DNA from: Torpedo marmorata
Lineage: Eukaryota
Length of the DNA stretch: 64,000 nt
Direction of reading: 5' to 3'
Assembly: GCA_977017645.1 (NCBI GenBank)
Contig: OZ360250.1
Location: 30,690,001-30,754,000 of the forward strand
A program made the position numbers and the translations under genes. Positions 50,495 through 63,890 of this stretch are shown piece by piece; the first letter of the stretch is position 1, and every line of letters starts with the position of its first letter. Below the pieces are notes generated by a model. The model was not told the DNA's origin, did not search any database, and saw only the letters and a program-made list of their open reading frames with translations.

Positions 50495-51454
50495 AATGTG
50501 TTGGTTAAAGATAGTATTTGGCAATACTTTTGGTAACAGTTACACCGTAATCTCTGAAGTGTGAACCCTGGTCTAACATGCAAAATTTGACATTGCTTAT
50601 CTGCAATCAAATTCTAATACAGGATTTGTGAAAATAAATTATGTGATCCACCTCCAGTACATTCTCTCTTTTACCACTTCACCTCAAAACGATACCATGG
50701 TTGGGGCAAAAACACACATTGTGATGCTTGGTTTATAATCTGCTCAGCCATGTTGTTGCATATTCTGGGCACTTTGCAAATGTGCCTCCACATTTTTGCT
50801 CCTGTCCCTCCTCCGCTCATGTTCAAATAAAAGGCAATGACTATCAGCACATTTTGTGTGGAACCCATTCACTTAAACGCATAGAGTACATGAGCGACAT
50901 CCCTTGTCCTTGTGTAGACCATGAAATCTCTTTCTCCCAGCAACTGCTCTCTTTGTTACTGCCCTGTCAGTGATCCCATTTCAGGTGGACATAAGAATCC
51001 ATGGCATTACTTTAAATAAGTTCTGTCCAATATTCATCTCAAAACAAGACCGAAAACAGTTTAGTTGGCCATACGACTAATTTAAGGTGTTCTGAAGTTA
51101 ACAGGTAGAAGTTGAAACTGAAACTTTCTCTCCTGCTGCTCAACAGGAGAGAAATATTCCAGCAGGCCACCTTTAACCAGCTCCACCAAAAAATTAAATT
51201 GGCAGTCCTCTCACTGTGGGACCTTTATAGTGCATGAAATGGCCACAGTATTCCCATGCCCACCAAGAATATCTAGACTGGAAAATAACTGTGTATTAAA
51301 TAAAGCAACCTAGGACATTCCAAGATGTGATATAAATGCAAATTCTTTCCTCGAACTGCAGTCCAGTACAGAATTTCACCTTCAATCGCAGCCTGCAGTC
51401 CTTGTTGAGTTTCAAAATAAAATTGGTGATGTGTGTGAAGACACTTTTTGTGCC

Positions 51455-51490
<36 letters not shown>

Positions 51491-52344
51491 ACCTCTGGGT
51501 CATTAGTGATTAGCCATTGGGAAAACTAACAAGCAGAAGCCGAACTGGAGGAGAAGGGATGAAAAGCACAGGAAGCCACCCTCTGCATTTGGCTTGACCT
51601 GCTGGTAGTTGTCACTGTCAACTACCTTATATTTGCACCATTTATTTCCATTCCAGCCACAAAATCTCTGGATTTCCAAAAGTCATTTCAATTTTAGTCA
51701 CAGTAAATAGAAATTTACAATGAGAAAAAAATGTCAGCGTCGGGCACACATGTTTATAAAACTCTACAAAATGAAGGTGAAAGTTGATAAAATAGCTGGG
51801 GTCATTAAAATGTAATTTGCATCTATTCTGATCCACTTGGTGGAAATAAAATGACAGTTTATGTATTGAGATAGCAGAGTTAATTTTTGCCTGTATGTTT
51901 TAAAATGTTTGTGAAACGTCCTGATATATTGTGGTGAAAGTATGTTAACTCTGGAGAACTCAGAAAATAATTTTGTTTCAAAAATACCTTAATTTTTGCA
52001 GAGTGCAGCGAGAGGCCGATTAAAATGTAATGATTAAAAGGGTCCATAACCCTTACCATTATTTCATGGAAAACTTTTGATCTGCCTCTCCTGATCAGCG
52101 GTGAACCTGAATAAGCAGAGACAAAAACAAACTTACAGATTGGTTAACAACTTGCTGATGTTGAAATGTGTTTGAATCTTGTTATATGTGCAATTGATGC
52201 TTTATGTAACTTTATTATAAATATTAGCATCTAATTTCAACACTGAGATGAAGCTACGAGATACTTGTAAATTGAAGAAAAATCAGATTTCTAAACTTCC
52301 CTATGAAAATATCATCAATTAGTTCATATCTTTGTGAATTAGTA

Positions 52345-52558
52345 CAGTAACACCCCTGGTATCTGGCACCTATGGGGTTTGGTAGATGCCGGATAAGTGA
52401 ATTTTCCAGTTGCTTGAGATTGCGTGGATTGGCGAACTAAGGGCGAGGCATGCCAATTTTAAACTTCGTATGTTTTACCAATTTATTTTCCACGATTTTT
52501 TTTACCAGTTGCTTGAGGCTGCCGGTTGCTTGAATTCCGGATAGCAGGAGTTTTACTG
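52345..52558. mobile_element. Tigger-like MITE
   Basis: TA|CAGTAACACCCCTGGTATC ... GATAGCAGGAGTTTTACTG|TA. Confidence 0.85.
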
Positions 52559-53529
52559 TATATGGAGATGTGTAACATTGAACCACTAACCTCCACTGGG
52601 GATAACTTAGTAACCAATTAACCTACCAGCCAACACATCTTTGGGAGATGGGAGGAAACTAAAGCAACTGAGATGACCAGCGATGACAGGGTCAAGCTGT
52701 TCGACAGCTTATGGAAAGTATTAGTTATCATTTAAAGTTGTAACTTGGCAGACTAATTTTCATCCATATTAGGAATTAGTGTTCAACGTATGCTAAGGAT
52801 TAATCAGAATCAGTTGGTTATGAATAGGAGGATTAATATATCTTATCAATGTGTGATCTTTATTCAAATTATAAAATAACTGTTTAGTTGATTGTATGTG
52901 GGAATTATCTACCATCGTTGCAGAAATAATTACTCGTGATTAACTTATCCATTTAACTTTTAAGGGTTAGAGATATTAAATGCAGATTTATTGCATCTGG
53001 GGCAAGAGGATTGATTCAAAACTGAGACATGCAAGCAGTTAGTTGACAAGTAGTTTTCCTCTTGTTCTGTCCTGTGTTTGTTTAATTCTCTCCTGTTGTC
53101 AGCCACATTATGGTTCTATTATGATTTATGTGCTGTTTATTCAGCAGCCTCCATTAATAAGACTGATCCAGCAAGGATTGGCTTGCCTTTTGAATCCGCT
53201 GGAAAATACTCATTAAATGAACACAGATCAATTAGAGAAAAATCAGCTGTGATAACTGAAGTGTTGCCGTGCATTTCAATGCATGACATCCAAGGTGCCA
53301 GCTGAGCTCAGTCAGAGCAAGCTTGCTTTTGTCTTGGAAGATCACGTGAGAAATTGAGCACTTCGTCCAGATTGATACTTGAACGTAGTACTGCAGAGGA
53401 GGAGAACATCTCCTTCATGTAACTTGCAGCCAGGTTTCACTGCTCCACTGGTTCAAAAGATGTTAGACCACAAGACATAGGAGCAGAAATAGGCTATTCA
53501 GCCCATCGAGGCCTCCCTGTTTCCTCAAC

Positions 53530-53900
53530 ACAGTGCTAGCGACCCGGGTTTGAATCCGGCACTGTCTGTAAGGAGTTTGTACGTTCTCCCTGTGTCTGTG
53601 TAGGTTTCCTCCGGGCGCTCCTGTTTCCTCCCACCCTTAAAGGGTGGATTTGAGCGGCACGGGCTCGTGCTGTATGGCTAAATTAATTTTTTTAATTAAT
53701 TAATTAAAATTAAGTCATTAATATGCAACATAAAAAGAAGCGGCCCCAACACTGACCCCTGTGGAACACCACTAGCAAGTGGCAGCCAACCAGAATGTGA
53801 TCCCTGTATTCCAACTCTCTGCTTCCTGCCAATCAGCCAGTGGTCTACCCATGCTAGCATGTTTCCTGTTACACCATGGGCTCTTATCTTGTTACGTAGC
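53530..53900. mobile_element. SINE (+, ~53530-53705) abutting a CR1 RT fragment (-, ~53715-53900)
   Basis: SINE body, and minus-strand GRKQRVG...SGVPQGSVLGPLLF. Confidence 0.8.
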
Positions 53901-54046
53901 CTTGTCCTCTTATCCTGCACCATTATTTTGATGCGGAGTTGGGAGCTTATTAGCTTTGTTGAAATCTCACCTTAAGCATCTTTAAAGTTGATTGGCTAAG
54001 ACTGTTCTGCTTGAACCCAGAGTAGCAAAGGACTCAACCCAAAATA

Positions 54047-54987
54047 CAGTAGTCCCACCTTATCTGCAGGGGATATGTTCCAAGACCCCCAGCGGATGCC
54101 TGATACCGCGGATAGTACTGAACCCTACACAGGGTATGCGCCGCTTAACGTCCTCGATACGTTCTGTGAAATTGGGCGTTATGCGATGTGGACGTTGTGC
54201 GAACACAATGTACTTAGCAAAGTAACTGTTGTGTACCTGTAAACTTTTTATTTGTAAGTAGGGATCAGTGTAGGGACCGACACAGGGCTGTGGGGAGAGA
54301 GCGGGGCAGTGGGATCAGTGTGGGGACCGACACGCAGCTGTGGGCAGAGAGCGGGGCAGTGGGATCAGTGTGGGGACCGACACGGGGCTGTGGGGAGAGA
54401 GCGGGGCAGTGGGATCAGTGTGGGGACCGACACGGGGCTGTGGGCAGAGAGCGGGGCAGGGGGATCAGTGTGGGGACCAACATGGGGCTGTGGGGAGAGA
54501 GCGGGGCAGTGGGATCAGTGTGGGGACTGACACAGGGCTGTGGGCAGAGAGCGGGGCAGTGGGATCAGTGTGGGGACCAACACGCGGCTGTGGGCAGAGA
54601 GCGGGGCAGTGGGATCAGTGTGGGGACCAACACGGGGCTGTGGGGAGAGATCGGGGCAGTGGGATCAGTGTGGGGACAGACACGGGGCTGTGGGGAGAGA
54701 GTGGGGCAGTGGGATCAGTGTGGGGACCGACATGGGGCTGTGGGCAGAGAGCGGGGAAGTGAGATCAGTGTGGGAACCGACACGGGGCTGTGGGGAGAGA
54801 GCGGGGCAGTGGGATCAGTGTGGGGACCGACACGGGGCTGTGGGGAGAAAGAGGGGCAGTGGGATCAGTTTGGACTGATACAGGGCTATGGGGAGAGAGC
54901 GGGGCAGTCGGATCAGTTTCAGACCGCGGTTGACTGCAGGTAACTGAAACCGCGGAAAGCGAAACCGCGGATAAGGGGGGACCACTG
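54047..54987. mobile_element. Tigger-like element containing a 50-bp minisatellite
   Basis: TA|CAGTAGTCCCACCTTATCTGCAGG ... CCGCGGATAAGGGGGGACCACTG|TA. Confidence 0.85.
54261..54920. repeat. 50-bp G-rich minisatellite, about 13 copies
   Basis: Unit GGGATCAGTGTGGGGACCGACACGGGGCTGTGGGGAGAGAGCGGGGCAGT. Confidence 0.97.
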
Positions 54988-55189
54988 TAATTAATTGCAA
55001 GTTCAGTATTGTGGAAAGTTTCTGTAATAAGATGCTTTGTGTTCATAACTTTAGAATCATGTTTCAGGAAATATCTGAGCGTTAGTCCCTCTATTTCATG
55101 TTCCTCAAAACAACCCGAGTGCACAACCGTCTTGTGTTGGAGGTGGTGCAAAGGAATACGTCTGGGGGCTTGAATAATGATGTAATTTA

Positions 55190-56420
55190 GAATCATGTAG
55201 CATGGAAACAGACCCTTCGGCCCAACTTGTTCAAGTCAACCAAGCTGCGCACCTGGCTAGTTCCATTTACCTTCCACTAAAACCGTTCCTGCCCAAATGT
55301 CTTTCAAACATTGTAATAGTACCTACCTCCACCAATTCCTCTCGCACCTCATACTACGGAATATACCAACCACCCTCTGTGTGGAAAAAGTTGCCCCTCG
55401 GGCCCCTTCACCTTGTATCTAAGCCTTCTGGTCTGAGACTCTCCTACCCTCGGAAAAAGACTCCCAACGTTCGCCTTATCAATGCCTGACATGATTTTAT
55501 ATACCCCACTCCTCAGTCTATGCTCCAGGGATAAAAGCCCCAGCCCGCCAGTCTTGGTAACGTCCTTGTGAATCTTTTCTGCAACTTTTCCAGCTGAATG
55601 ATATCTTTCCCATGGCTGGGTGACCAGAACTGCACACAGTACACAGTGCGGTCTCACCAATGTCTTGTCAACTTGTAACATGACATCCCAGCTGCTGTAC
55701 TCAATGTCCCGACTGACGAAAGTAATTGTACCAAATGCTTTCTTTGCTACTTTCAGGGAACCATGTACATGAACCCTCTGGTCTGTCTGTTCTCCATCAC
55801 TCTCCACAGCCTTGCTATTTTCCCTCCAGATTCTTAATTTTAAAAAAAAATTTAGATACAGCACGGTAACAGGCCCTTCCGGCCCACGAGTAAATATGCT
55901 CATGTGACCAATTAACCTACAAACCCTATACATCTTTGGAATGTGGGAGGAGATCAGAACACCCAGAGGAAACTCACATGAACACGGAGAGAACATGCAA
56001 ACTCCTTACAAACAGTGCAGGATTTGAAGTCTGGTTACTGGCGCTATAGTAGAGCTGCGCTAACAGCTACGCTAACCATGCCACCTCTACACTAACCATC
56101 CTGCCCTAACTTACCAAAATGTAGGTCTTCACATTTCTCCAAGTGAAATTCCTTGGCCCCTTCCCTAGATAATCTGGATTCCGTTGTAATCTTAGACGAC
56201 CTTCTTCACTGTCCACGATACCACCAATTTTGGTGTCAGCTGCAAACTTACGAACCATGCCAACTACATTCTCATCCAAATAATGAACACATCGATGCCA
56301 AACAACAGTGGATCCCTGTGGCACACCAAACCTGAAAACCAACTCCCACTGCCTCTCTTCGACTCCCATCACCAAGCCAGTTTTGCATCCAATCGGCTAG
56401 CTCACCCTGAATCCCATGTG
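55190..56420 (-). mobile_element. Decayed CR1 3' region with a SINE (-) inserted at ~55840-56085
   Basis: Minus-strand GVPQGS, KFAADTKIGGIVDSEE and KKAFG...KTLVRPH, plus a SINE body. Confidence 0.8.
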
Positions 56421-56684
56421 GCCGAGATTTAGTCAGAACATTCACAAAAAACAAACAGTTAATAAAATATATTCTCAACATGCTTGCTGGCCCTGTCATG
56501 GTGGTCCAGGTAGTATCCAGGAATCCCTGAGAACAGCCATCCTCAATGGGGGGGGGGGGGGCACAGCACTTTCAAGGGGGGCCACGGACTGAAATCATAA
56601 AAATTTTTTTTTATGATTTTTATGTAATCGGTAGGAGAGAAGTACAGAAGAAACCAAATAAACTTGACGGCATCACAGGGAAGG

Positions 56685-56930
56685 GAGCGGCACAGTTAGC
56701 GAAATGTTGTTACAGCGCCAGCGATTGGGACTGAGGTTCGAATCTGGCGCTGTCTATAAGGAGTTTGTATGTTCTCTCTGTGTCTGCGTGGGTTTCCTCC
56801 GGGTGCTTCGGTTTCTTCCCACCCTTCAAAACGTACAGGGGTTTTAAGTCAATTGAGTGTAATTGGGCGGCACGGGCTCGTGGGCCAAAAGGGCCTGTTA
56901 CTGTGCTGTATGTCTAAATTTAAATTTAAA
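56685..56930 (+). mobile_element. tRNA-derived SINE
   Basis: GGTTCGAATC B-box, shared body and (AAATTT)n tail. Confidence 0.88.
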
Positions 56931-57711
56931 CTTTGAGCAGAGTCGCAAGGGGGCCATTGGCAAAAAACGGGTTGTAAATGGCTGTCTTAGAGAGACCCAA
57001 CTTTTTAAAGGTTGTGGCCCCTGCCACAATGAGATATATGTGTGCGTGTATGTATTTTACCAAGTGAGAGCGATTTGGGCTCTCATTCAGAAAGGATAAG
57101 AGCCTAAACTTTAAAAGGTTACTTTGAAGCTCCTCATTGCCCTGTCAAATTGGATTTTGAATCAGCATTAGGTCAGCATTTTTTACTAATGTCTCAGGGT
57201 CATATCATATCCTTAGAAGGAGAGCGACAAATGCTGCTTAGCATAATTAATTAATGAATGTCAACCTTAATGGCTAGAACTAGTTTTGTTAATGCAGCCA
57301 ATTAGCAACATCTCTCCAGCGGTTCGCATGGAGTTTACCTTGGCTACGTTGGCTCCTGGGCGAATAACGCGGCATCGATAATTTTTTTATCCTTATTCTT
57401 AGATTCTCTTGTAGACTTATCCCTCCCCAACTCTGCGACATGTTCCAACCTTTCAGTCCAGATCCAGGAATCACTGCCTCAACACATAGCATTTGGAACT
57501 GAGATCTGGAGAAATGTGACTGTCAGAGAGTGGTGAATCTGTGGAATTTTCTGCCACAGGAGGCAGTAGAAGGCAAGAAAGGTGGTAATACATTGTCGAT
57601 GTGAAAAGGGCCAGGGGATATGGGTAGAGGACAGGAACAGGGGGCTGAAGTGTCGGACCAGGCATCATATTGTATAATGGAGCCCATTCTCACCTTGTAT
57701 GTTTTTAACAT

Positions 57712-58208
57712 TTAAATTTGAAGAAACAGCATGGTAACAGGCCCTTTTGGCCTACAAGCCCATACCGCACAAATACACCAATTAACCTGCAAACCCCTTG
57801 CGGTTTTGAAGGGTGGGAAGAAACCGGAGCCCCTGGGGAAAACCCACGCGATCATGGGGACAACGTACCAACTCCTTACAGACAGCGTCGGATTCGAACC
57901 TAGGTTGCTGCCGCTGTAATAGTGCTGCACTAACCACATATTGTTTTGCCATTCTTCCTGCTCCATACCCCAATGGGCGGCACGATTAGCGCAATGCTAT
58001 TACAGCGCCAGCGACCCGGGTTCAAACCCGGCACTGTCTGTAAACAGTTTGTACGTTCTCCCTGCATCTGCGTGGGTTTCCTCCGGGTGCTCCGGTTACA
58101 TCCCACTTTTCAAAACATACAGGGGTTGTAGGTTAATTGGGTGTAATTGGGCGGCACAGGCGAGTGGGCCGGAAGGACCTGTTACCGTGCTGTATGTCTA
58201 AATTTAAA
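57712..58208. mobile_element. Head-to-head SINE pair (- 57712-57935; + 57975-58208)
   Basis: Two divergent SINE copies separated by about 40 nt. Confidence 0.88.
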
Positions 58209-58343
58209 TGCTCCACCATTGGAAGCCATGCTTTCAACCAGCTCTGAATACAGCCTAACCCCAAAACACGACCTCCTGCCCTGTTGCACCATCTATTTTA
58301 AGACTCTACCTGTGTACCAACTTGACCTTCCTGAAGCAAATTT

Positions 58344-58865
58344 TTTTTAATTTTTAAAAAATATTTTATTTAAATTTTAAATCACAAAATACATAAAATA
58401 AAATATGAAATTATCAAAATATTTGTGATACATTTTCACCCCCCCTCCCACCCTCCCCACCCCAACCCTCCCAACCCCACTAATCTAATAAAAATAAAAA
58501 ATATAAAATAAAAATAGAGAAAGAAAAAAAAAAGAAAGAAAAAGATAGAGTAAGGAGGATGCCAATCTAAAAAACATACATCTATAAATTAATTCTATTA
58601 TGGAGGTCAGGTATGCCAGTAGATCCGATACCCAGAGATCTTCAAATCCTTAAACCAACAAGTTTCATATATGGGCTCCAAATTTTAAGAAAAAAATTAT
58701 ATTTATTACGTAAATTATAGGTAATTTTTTCAAGTGGTATACATGAACGAAGTTCTGCATGCCATCTTTCTAATCCTAAATCTAAATCAGATTTCCAAGT
58801 AATAGCAATACATTTCTCTGAAACAGCTAAAGCAATTGGCAAAAATTCTATTTATGTTTAATTTA
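58344..58865 (-). mobile_element. 5'-truncated L1 with a 19-bp TSD
   Basis: IALAVSEKCIAITWKSDLDLGLERWHAELRSCIPLEKITY. TSD ACCTTCCTGAAGCAAATTT at 58325 and 58866. Confidence 0.93.
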
Positions 58866-59056
58866 ACCTTCCTGAAGCAAATTTAAAAAAACTTAAGTTG
58901 TTAGAAATTGAAATGGAATGAGAAAAATGCTTGGAACAGTCAGTGGGGCAGGCAGAAGAGAAATGGTTAATATTTCAGGTCCACGATCTTTCATTAGAAC
59001 TGTAAAAATGGGAAAGCAAGTGCTGGAGAAAATTGTCTGTGATTGCTACTGCAAGT

Positions 59057-59189
59057 NNNNNNNNNNNNNNNNNNNNNNNNNNNNNNNNNNNNNNNNNNNN
59101 NNNNNNNNNNNNNNNNNNNNNNNNNNNNNNNNNNNNNNNNNNNNNNNNNNNNNNNNNNNNNNNNNNNNNNNNNNNNNNNNNNNNNNNNN
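59057..59189. other. Assembly gap (N run)
   Basis: Run of n. Confidence 1.
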
Positions 59190-59194
59190 GGAAT

Positions 59195-59409
59195 AATCCC
59201 CCAATTAAACACCAACCAAGAAGACATTTTAATGTTCTTGTTATCCTATTCATTACTCAGCTACCCCACCCAACCTAACACAATAGACTATCTGTTTCCT
59301 CATCTTCTGTCTAGGCACCCTCCAACCAGATGGCATTAACATTGACTTCTACGGTTTCCGTTAAACCACCCCCCCCCCCTTCTTCCCCCTGTCAACTTTC
59401 CCCAGCTCG

Positions 59410-59447
<38 letters not shown>

Positions 59448-59650
59448 TCCCTTTTCCCTCTGTCTCCTTTCACAGAGCCAACATCAATTCTCACCTCTCC
59501 TCTTATCATATCCAATTAACACCTCTTGTTGGTCTGAACTCCTCCCCTGGTCAGTCTTCCGTCTTTATTTTGACGCCTTCCTATTCTTTGCTTATACTAT
59601 GGATGCTGCAAGACCGGCTAAGTTTCTCCAGCATTTCTGTGTGTGTATTT
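59195..59650 (+). mobile_element. Penelope-like 3' fragment
   Basis: LGTLQPDGINIDFYGFR* matches the end of the Penelope ORF at 24695. Ends GTTTCTCCAGCATTTCTGTG. Confidence 0.75.
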
Positions 59651-60309
59651 TTTATAGACTTGCTGTTTGCCTAGCTCAATAGTTCCTAGTGGGATTTTGC
59701 AGTGCCACACCATGTATCAGACAAAGGAGCATTGGCCACATGTAAAAAATAGGAAGAACTTGGTGACATGTCAATGCACAGTTAGAAAAGAAGAACAATT
59801 TTTATCTTAGTCATACAATTGAATCTCAATTGTGAATTTTGAAAAACTGACATGCACTTGTCTGATGCACTGATTTGTTTGATGCACTGATTTGGTGTTT
59901 CTATTGGCAGCACATAGAGTGTTCTTTTCAAATAGCCAATTACACAGTGTGTGAGTAATGATGCTTTAATATTTTTGGCAGCAGATTGGAATGATCTGGG
60001 TCATGGTGAGGAGCACTGCCATTATAGATGGCACTCTGTGATTTATGAAGGCTGAATTGTTGTGTCAAGGTGACATGGCTTGCATTTCCTTTCTCCGCCA
60101 ACTCTACCTCTGCCGTCTCTGGGCTTGGTTCATGGAAGCCATGCCTTTGGGTTTGCCTGTTTTGCAATTTGCATTGCAGCAGTGCATAAACCTGTCTTTG
60201 TTGATGAAGGGCTCAGGCCCAAAACATCGGTTATATACAGGTATCTTTATCTTTGCTATACAAAGAACGCTGCATGACTTGCTGAGTCTCTCCAGCAATT
60301 TTCTGTAAA

Positions 60310-60730
60310 TACGGCGCCAGCGATCAGGACCGGGATTAGAATCCGACGCTGTCTGAAAGGAGACACGGGGAGAACGTACAAACTCCTTACAGGCAGCGCC
60401 GGATTCAAACCCGGGTCGCTGGCACTGTAATCGTGCTGCACTAACCTCACGATCTTTTGCCATTCTTCCTGCTCCATTGTCCATGGGCGGCACGGTTAGC
60501 ATCGCAGTTGGCACAACACTATTACCACACCAGTGACCCGTGTTCGAATCCGGCGCTGTCTGTAAGCAGTTTGTACATTCTCCCCGTGTCTGTGTGGGTT
60601 TCTTCCGGGTGCTCCGGGAGGCCATCCTCCAAAAAAAATTGTACCAGGGTTGTAGGTCAATTGGGGGTAATTGGGCGACATGGGCTCGTTGGCCGAAAGG
60701 GTCTGTTATCGAGCTGTATGTCTAAATAAA
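60310..60730. mobile_element. Rearranged head-to-head SINE cluster inside a Penelope terminal fragment (60195-60765)
   Basis: SINE pieces on + (60310-60360), - (60361-60450) and + (60485-60730). Confidence 0.8.
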
Positions 60731-61679
60731 AACATCACAGCGCCTGCAGATTTTCTTGTTTAACTTTGTTGGAAAATGAATGTTCAGGATGGAAAGTTGA
60801 ATTCAGAATCCCTAATTATTTGGTATGCTGTAATTAGTCATTCAATTTTGTGTCCAACATACTTAGCCCCAACCAATGCTGCAGTTCACTCTTGCTGGTG
60901 TGAATTACTTGGCAAGGAATGACTCCAAGGACGTTATAGGTTTTTAGATGTATTGAGGAGATATTCAAAGTAGACATTACCTTCAAATATCGTGTCTCCA
61001 ATAGCCACTCATGTGGCCCTTTTCTTGGCAAGGTGAAGCAGTGTGTGAGGAGTATCCAGGCTGACAATGCTGAAACCAAGGCCCAACCCTGGTTTCTTCT
61101 GCCTTTTCTCAAAAGCCTTTTCATTGTCTCTAAATATCTCAGTCAGAGGTATTTAGGAGCCATTAAAATGCATACATTTAAAAAAATGTTTAAACTGTTG
61201 ATATATTAAATGCAATAAATTAATTTGAAACCACATTCAAAATTTAAATCAAGTTGTAAAAATAATTATTTTCAATGACATTCATGTAAAAGAAAAGCAA
61301 ACCATTTACTTTTATTGTATATAGACTTATATATGTGGCATTCCCTGCCACAACCTGTCTGGCTGGAGTGTACAAGTTCTCTCTGACTGTGTGGGTTTCC
61401 TCCCAGCCCGCCGTGACTTTCCATATCTCAAAGATGTGCGAATCATAATGCTAATTAACCACTGTAAATTGTCCTCAGTATGTTGGTGAGTGATAGAATC
61501 TGGGAGTTATTGATGGAGATGTGGGGAGAACCGGTTCGAGGGAAGACGAGTGGAGGTGGGCTGATTCTCCTCCTTCCACGTTGTAAGGTAGGATGGATAT
61601 TTGGAGTTGCTACCCTGGTGTGGGCGAGATGCAGCCCAACAATTACCTTAGCATGGAGGGAGTGGGGATATAAAATTAA

Positions 61680-61965
61680 AGGTGGTCAGAGCCTTATATC
61701 CAGGACAGAAATGTCAAATACAAGATGCCATAGCTGCAAGGTGAGGGGAGGATTGTTTAAATAAGATTTGCAAGGTAAGTTTATTCCACAAACGGTAGTA
61801 GGTGCCCGGGGAATGGTGGAAGCAGATACGATAACAATGGTTAAGAGGTATTTGGACAGGAAAGAGGAGGATATGGATCACATGAAGACAGATTGTATTA
61901 TCTTAGATTGGCATCATGGTCAGCGCAAACATGGTGGGCCTGTTCCTGTGCTGTTCTATGTTCTT
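61680..61965 (+). mobile_element. Old CR1 3' fragment
   Basis: MSNTRCHSCKVRGG-like remnant and a CCTGTGCTGTTCTATGTTCT tail. Confidence 0.65.
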
Positions 61966-62717
61966 AAGAGGAAATGTATTTAGCAACACCAGATCATCTG
62001 CCATTTACCCAAAACATAAGTGTAAAATGAATAAAGAAAAAGCTAAACTTGAAGGTCAGCAACCTCATTCAGATGGATGAACCTACTGTGGCTGGCAAAA
62101 GACTCGCGCATCACAGAGAGAGAGAGAGAGAGAGAAAATCATCTGGCTTCTGGATTCAGACACCTTTCAGTGTCCTTTCATCCGGTAACCAGTGCGGGGG
62201 AAGACTGAGGGTCAGATGCATCCGTGTCTGAACTCTGGTACTTGTCAGACTTCAGTAGGCAAAATTCCTGATTCCTTGTGCACAGCAACTGATAGATGGT
62301 TCTCTACAATTTCCCACCCAGAAACCTTGAAAAGATTTTTGGATAAATACTTGGTTCGGATCATTGGGGTGAATGAAGGTGACCAAATGGCGATCTCTTT
62401 CAACGAGCGGCATTTGGCACAGTGACCTTCAAGTGCTTCTAACGTGCAGCAAACTCGACCACAAATACGATAAGAACGGTGGATGCTAATGTGGAGTCAA
62501 CAAGGAGCGATCCTATCAGACAACCACATGGAATAAGATCTCTGGTGCTTATCTCAAAGCAGCAATATGAAGGGTGAGAGATTATGTCTTGTCAGCAAGT
62601 CCTCACTGTGAGAATAGATTTAGTTCTGGTTTATGCATGGAGTTTGGATGCCACTGGCAAGATTAGTCATCTCTACTGGTCCTTGAGAAGGTGATGGTGA
62701 GCCTCCTTTTGGAACTA

Positions 62718-63042
62718 CAGGTTGTACCTCTCTTATCCGGCGCTCTGTGGTCCGGAAACTCCCATGGTCCGGCACATTTGAATCTGCCACCATTAGTACA
62801 AACTCCTTACAGACAGCGCGGACTTGAGCCCTGGTCCCGATCACTGGCGCTGTAAAGGCGTTGCGCTAACCGCTACGCTAACCGTGCGGCCTCACAGTAT
62901 TATTTCCTGTTTTAAGCTTTGTTCTACCTTTGATATGTTTACATAGGGGGTTCCCTTAGGGGTCAGTTTCTGTTTTCCGGAATTTTATGTGGTCCGGCAA
63001 TGGCCAGGTCCCAACGTCGCCGGATTAAAGAGGTACAACCTG
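62718..63042. mobile_element. Tigger-like MITE with an internal SINE head (-)
   Basis: TA|CAGGTTGTACCTCTCTTATCCGGCG ... CGCCGGATTAAAGAGGTACAACCTG|TA. Confidence 0.85.
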
Positions 63043-63109
63043 TACTATGTTCCTTGAAGCTAAAGATGCTCCCATGGTGGGATTTGGTGTTAGATTCAAG
63101 GGACTTTGA

Positions 63110-63890
63110 ACCAGTTCTGGTCACTGTATTTACAGGAAGGAAGGTTTTGGAGAGGGTGCAAAAGCGTTACATTTGGATGCTTCCTGGTTTTAAGAGTATA
63201 AACTATAAGGAGAGGTTGAACAATCTTGGATTGTTTTCTTTGGAAAAACCAGATGGAAGTTTATAAAATTATGAGATAGTCCCTTTTTTTTTTTGCAGGG
63301 TGTAAATGTTAAATATTACAGCGCATAGATTTAAGGTGAGAAGCGGAAAGTTTAAAAGAGATTTGTGAGGCAAGTTTTTTTACACAGAGTTGCAGGTGCT
63401 TGGAATGTATTGTCAGGGGATGTGGTGGGAGCAAATATAATAGTTCAGTACACACACGTGCTGGAGAAACTCAGCAGGTCATGCAGTACCCATAGAAAGT
63501 AAAAGACAGTCGACGTTTCGGGCCTGAGCTGTTCTTCAGGAATGCTGAAAATCAGGCAGAGGCTTGAATAAATAGGTGGGGGAAGGGGAAGGAAAACAGG
63601 GTGACAGGAAGCTTGAGAGCAGTGGAGATCACGGAGGGGGAGCAGCGAGAGAGAATCACAGAACTCCCTTCGAAGAGAGGAGGAAAACTTCTTCAGGATA
63701 GGCATCCCTCGAAGAGACCTCGGTGGAGCAGATAGCAACAGTTAGGAGGCATTTAGGCAAGATCAAGAAGAGGCAGAAGATGGAGGGGTGGAGACCATTT
63801 GCAGGCAGGTGGGATCAGTTTAGTTTGGCATCATGGTCAGCGCACACATCATGGGCCGAGGGGTTTGTTCCTGTGCTGTACCCTTCATTG
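63110..63890 (+). mobile_element. CR1 3' fragment interrupted by a Penelope terminal fragment (~63447-63725)
   Basis: LERVQKRYIWMLPG...ERLNNLGLFSLE. The insert begins GCTGGAGAAACTCAGCAGGTC. Confidence 0.75.

Noticed and set aside
54290-54943. Repetitive G/W/E-rich protein ORFs
   Set aside because: They are translations of the 50-bp minisatellite, whose period is not a multiple of 3.
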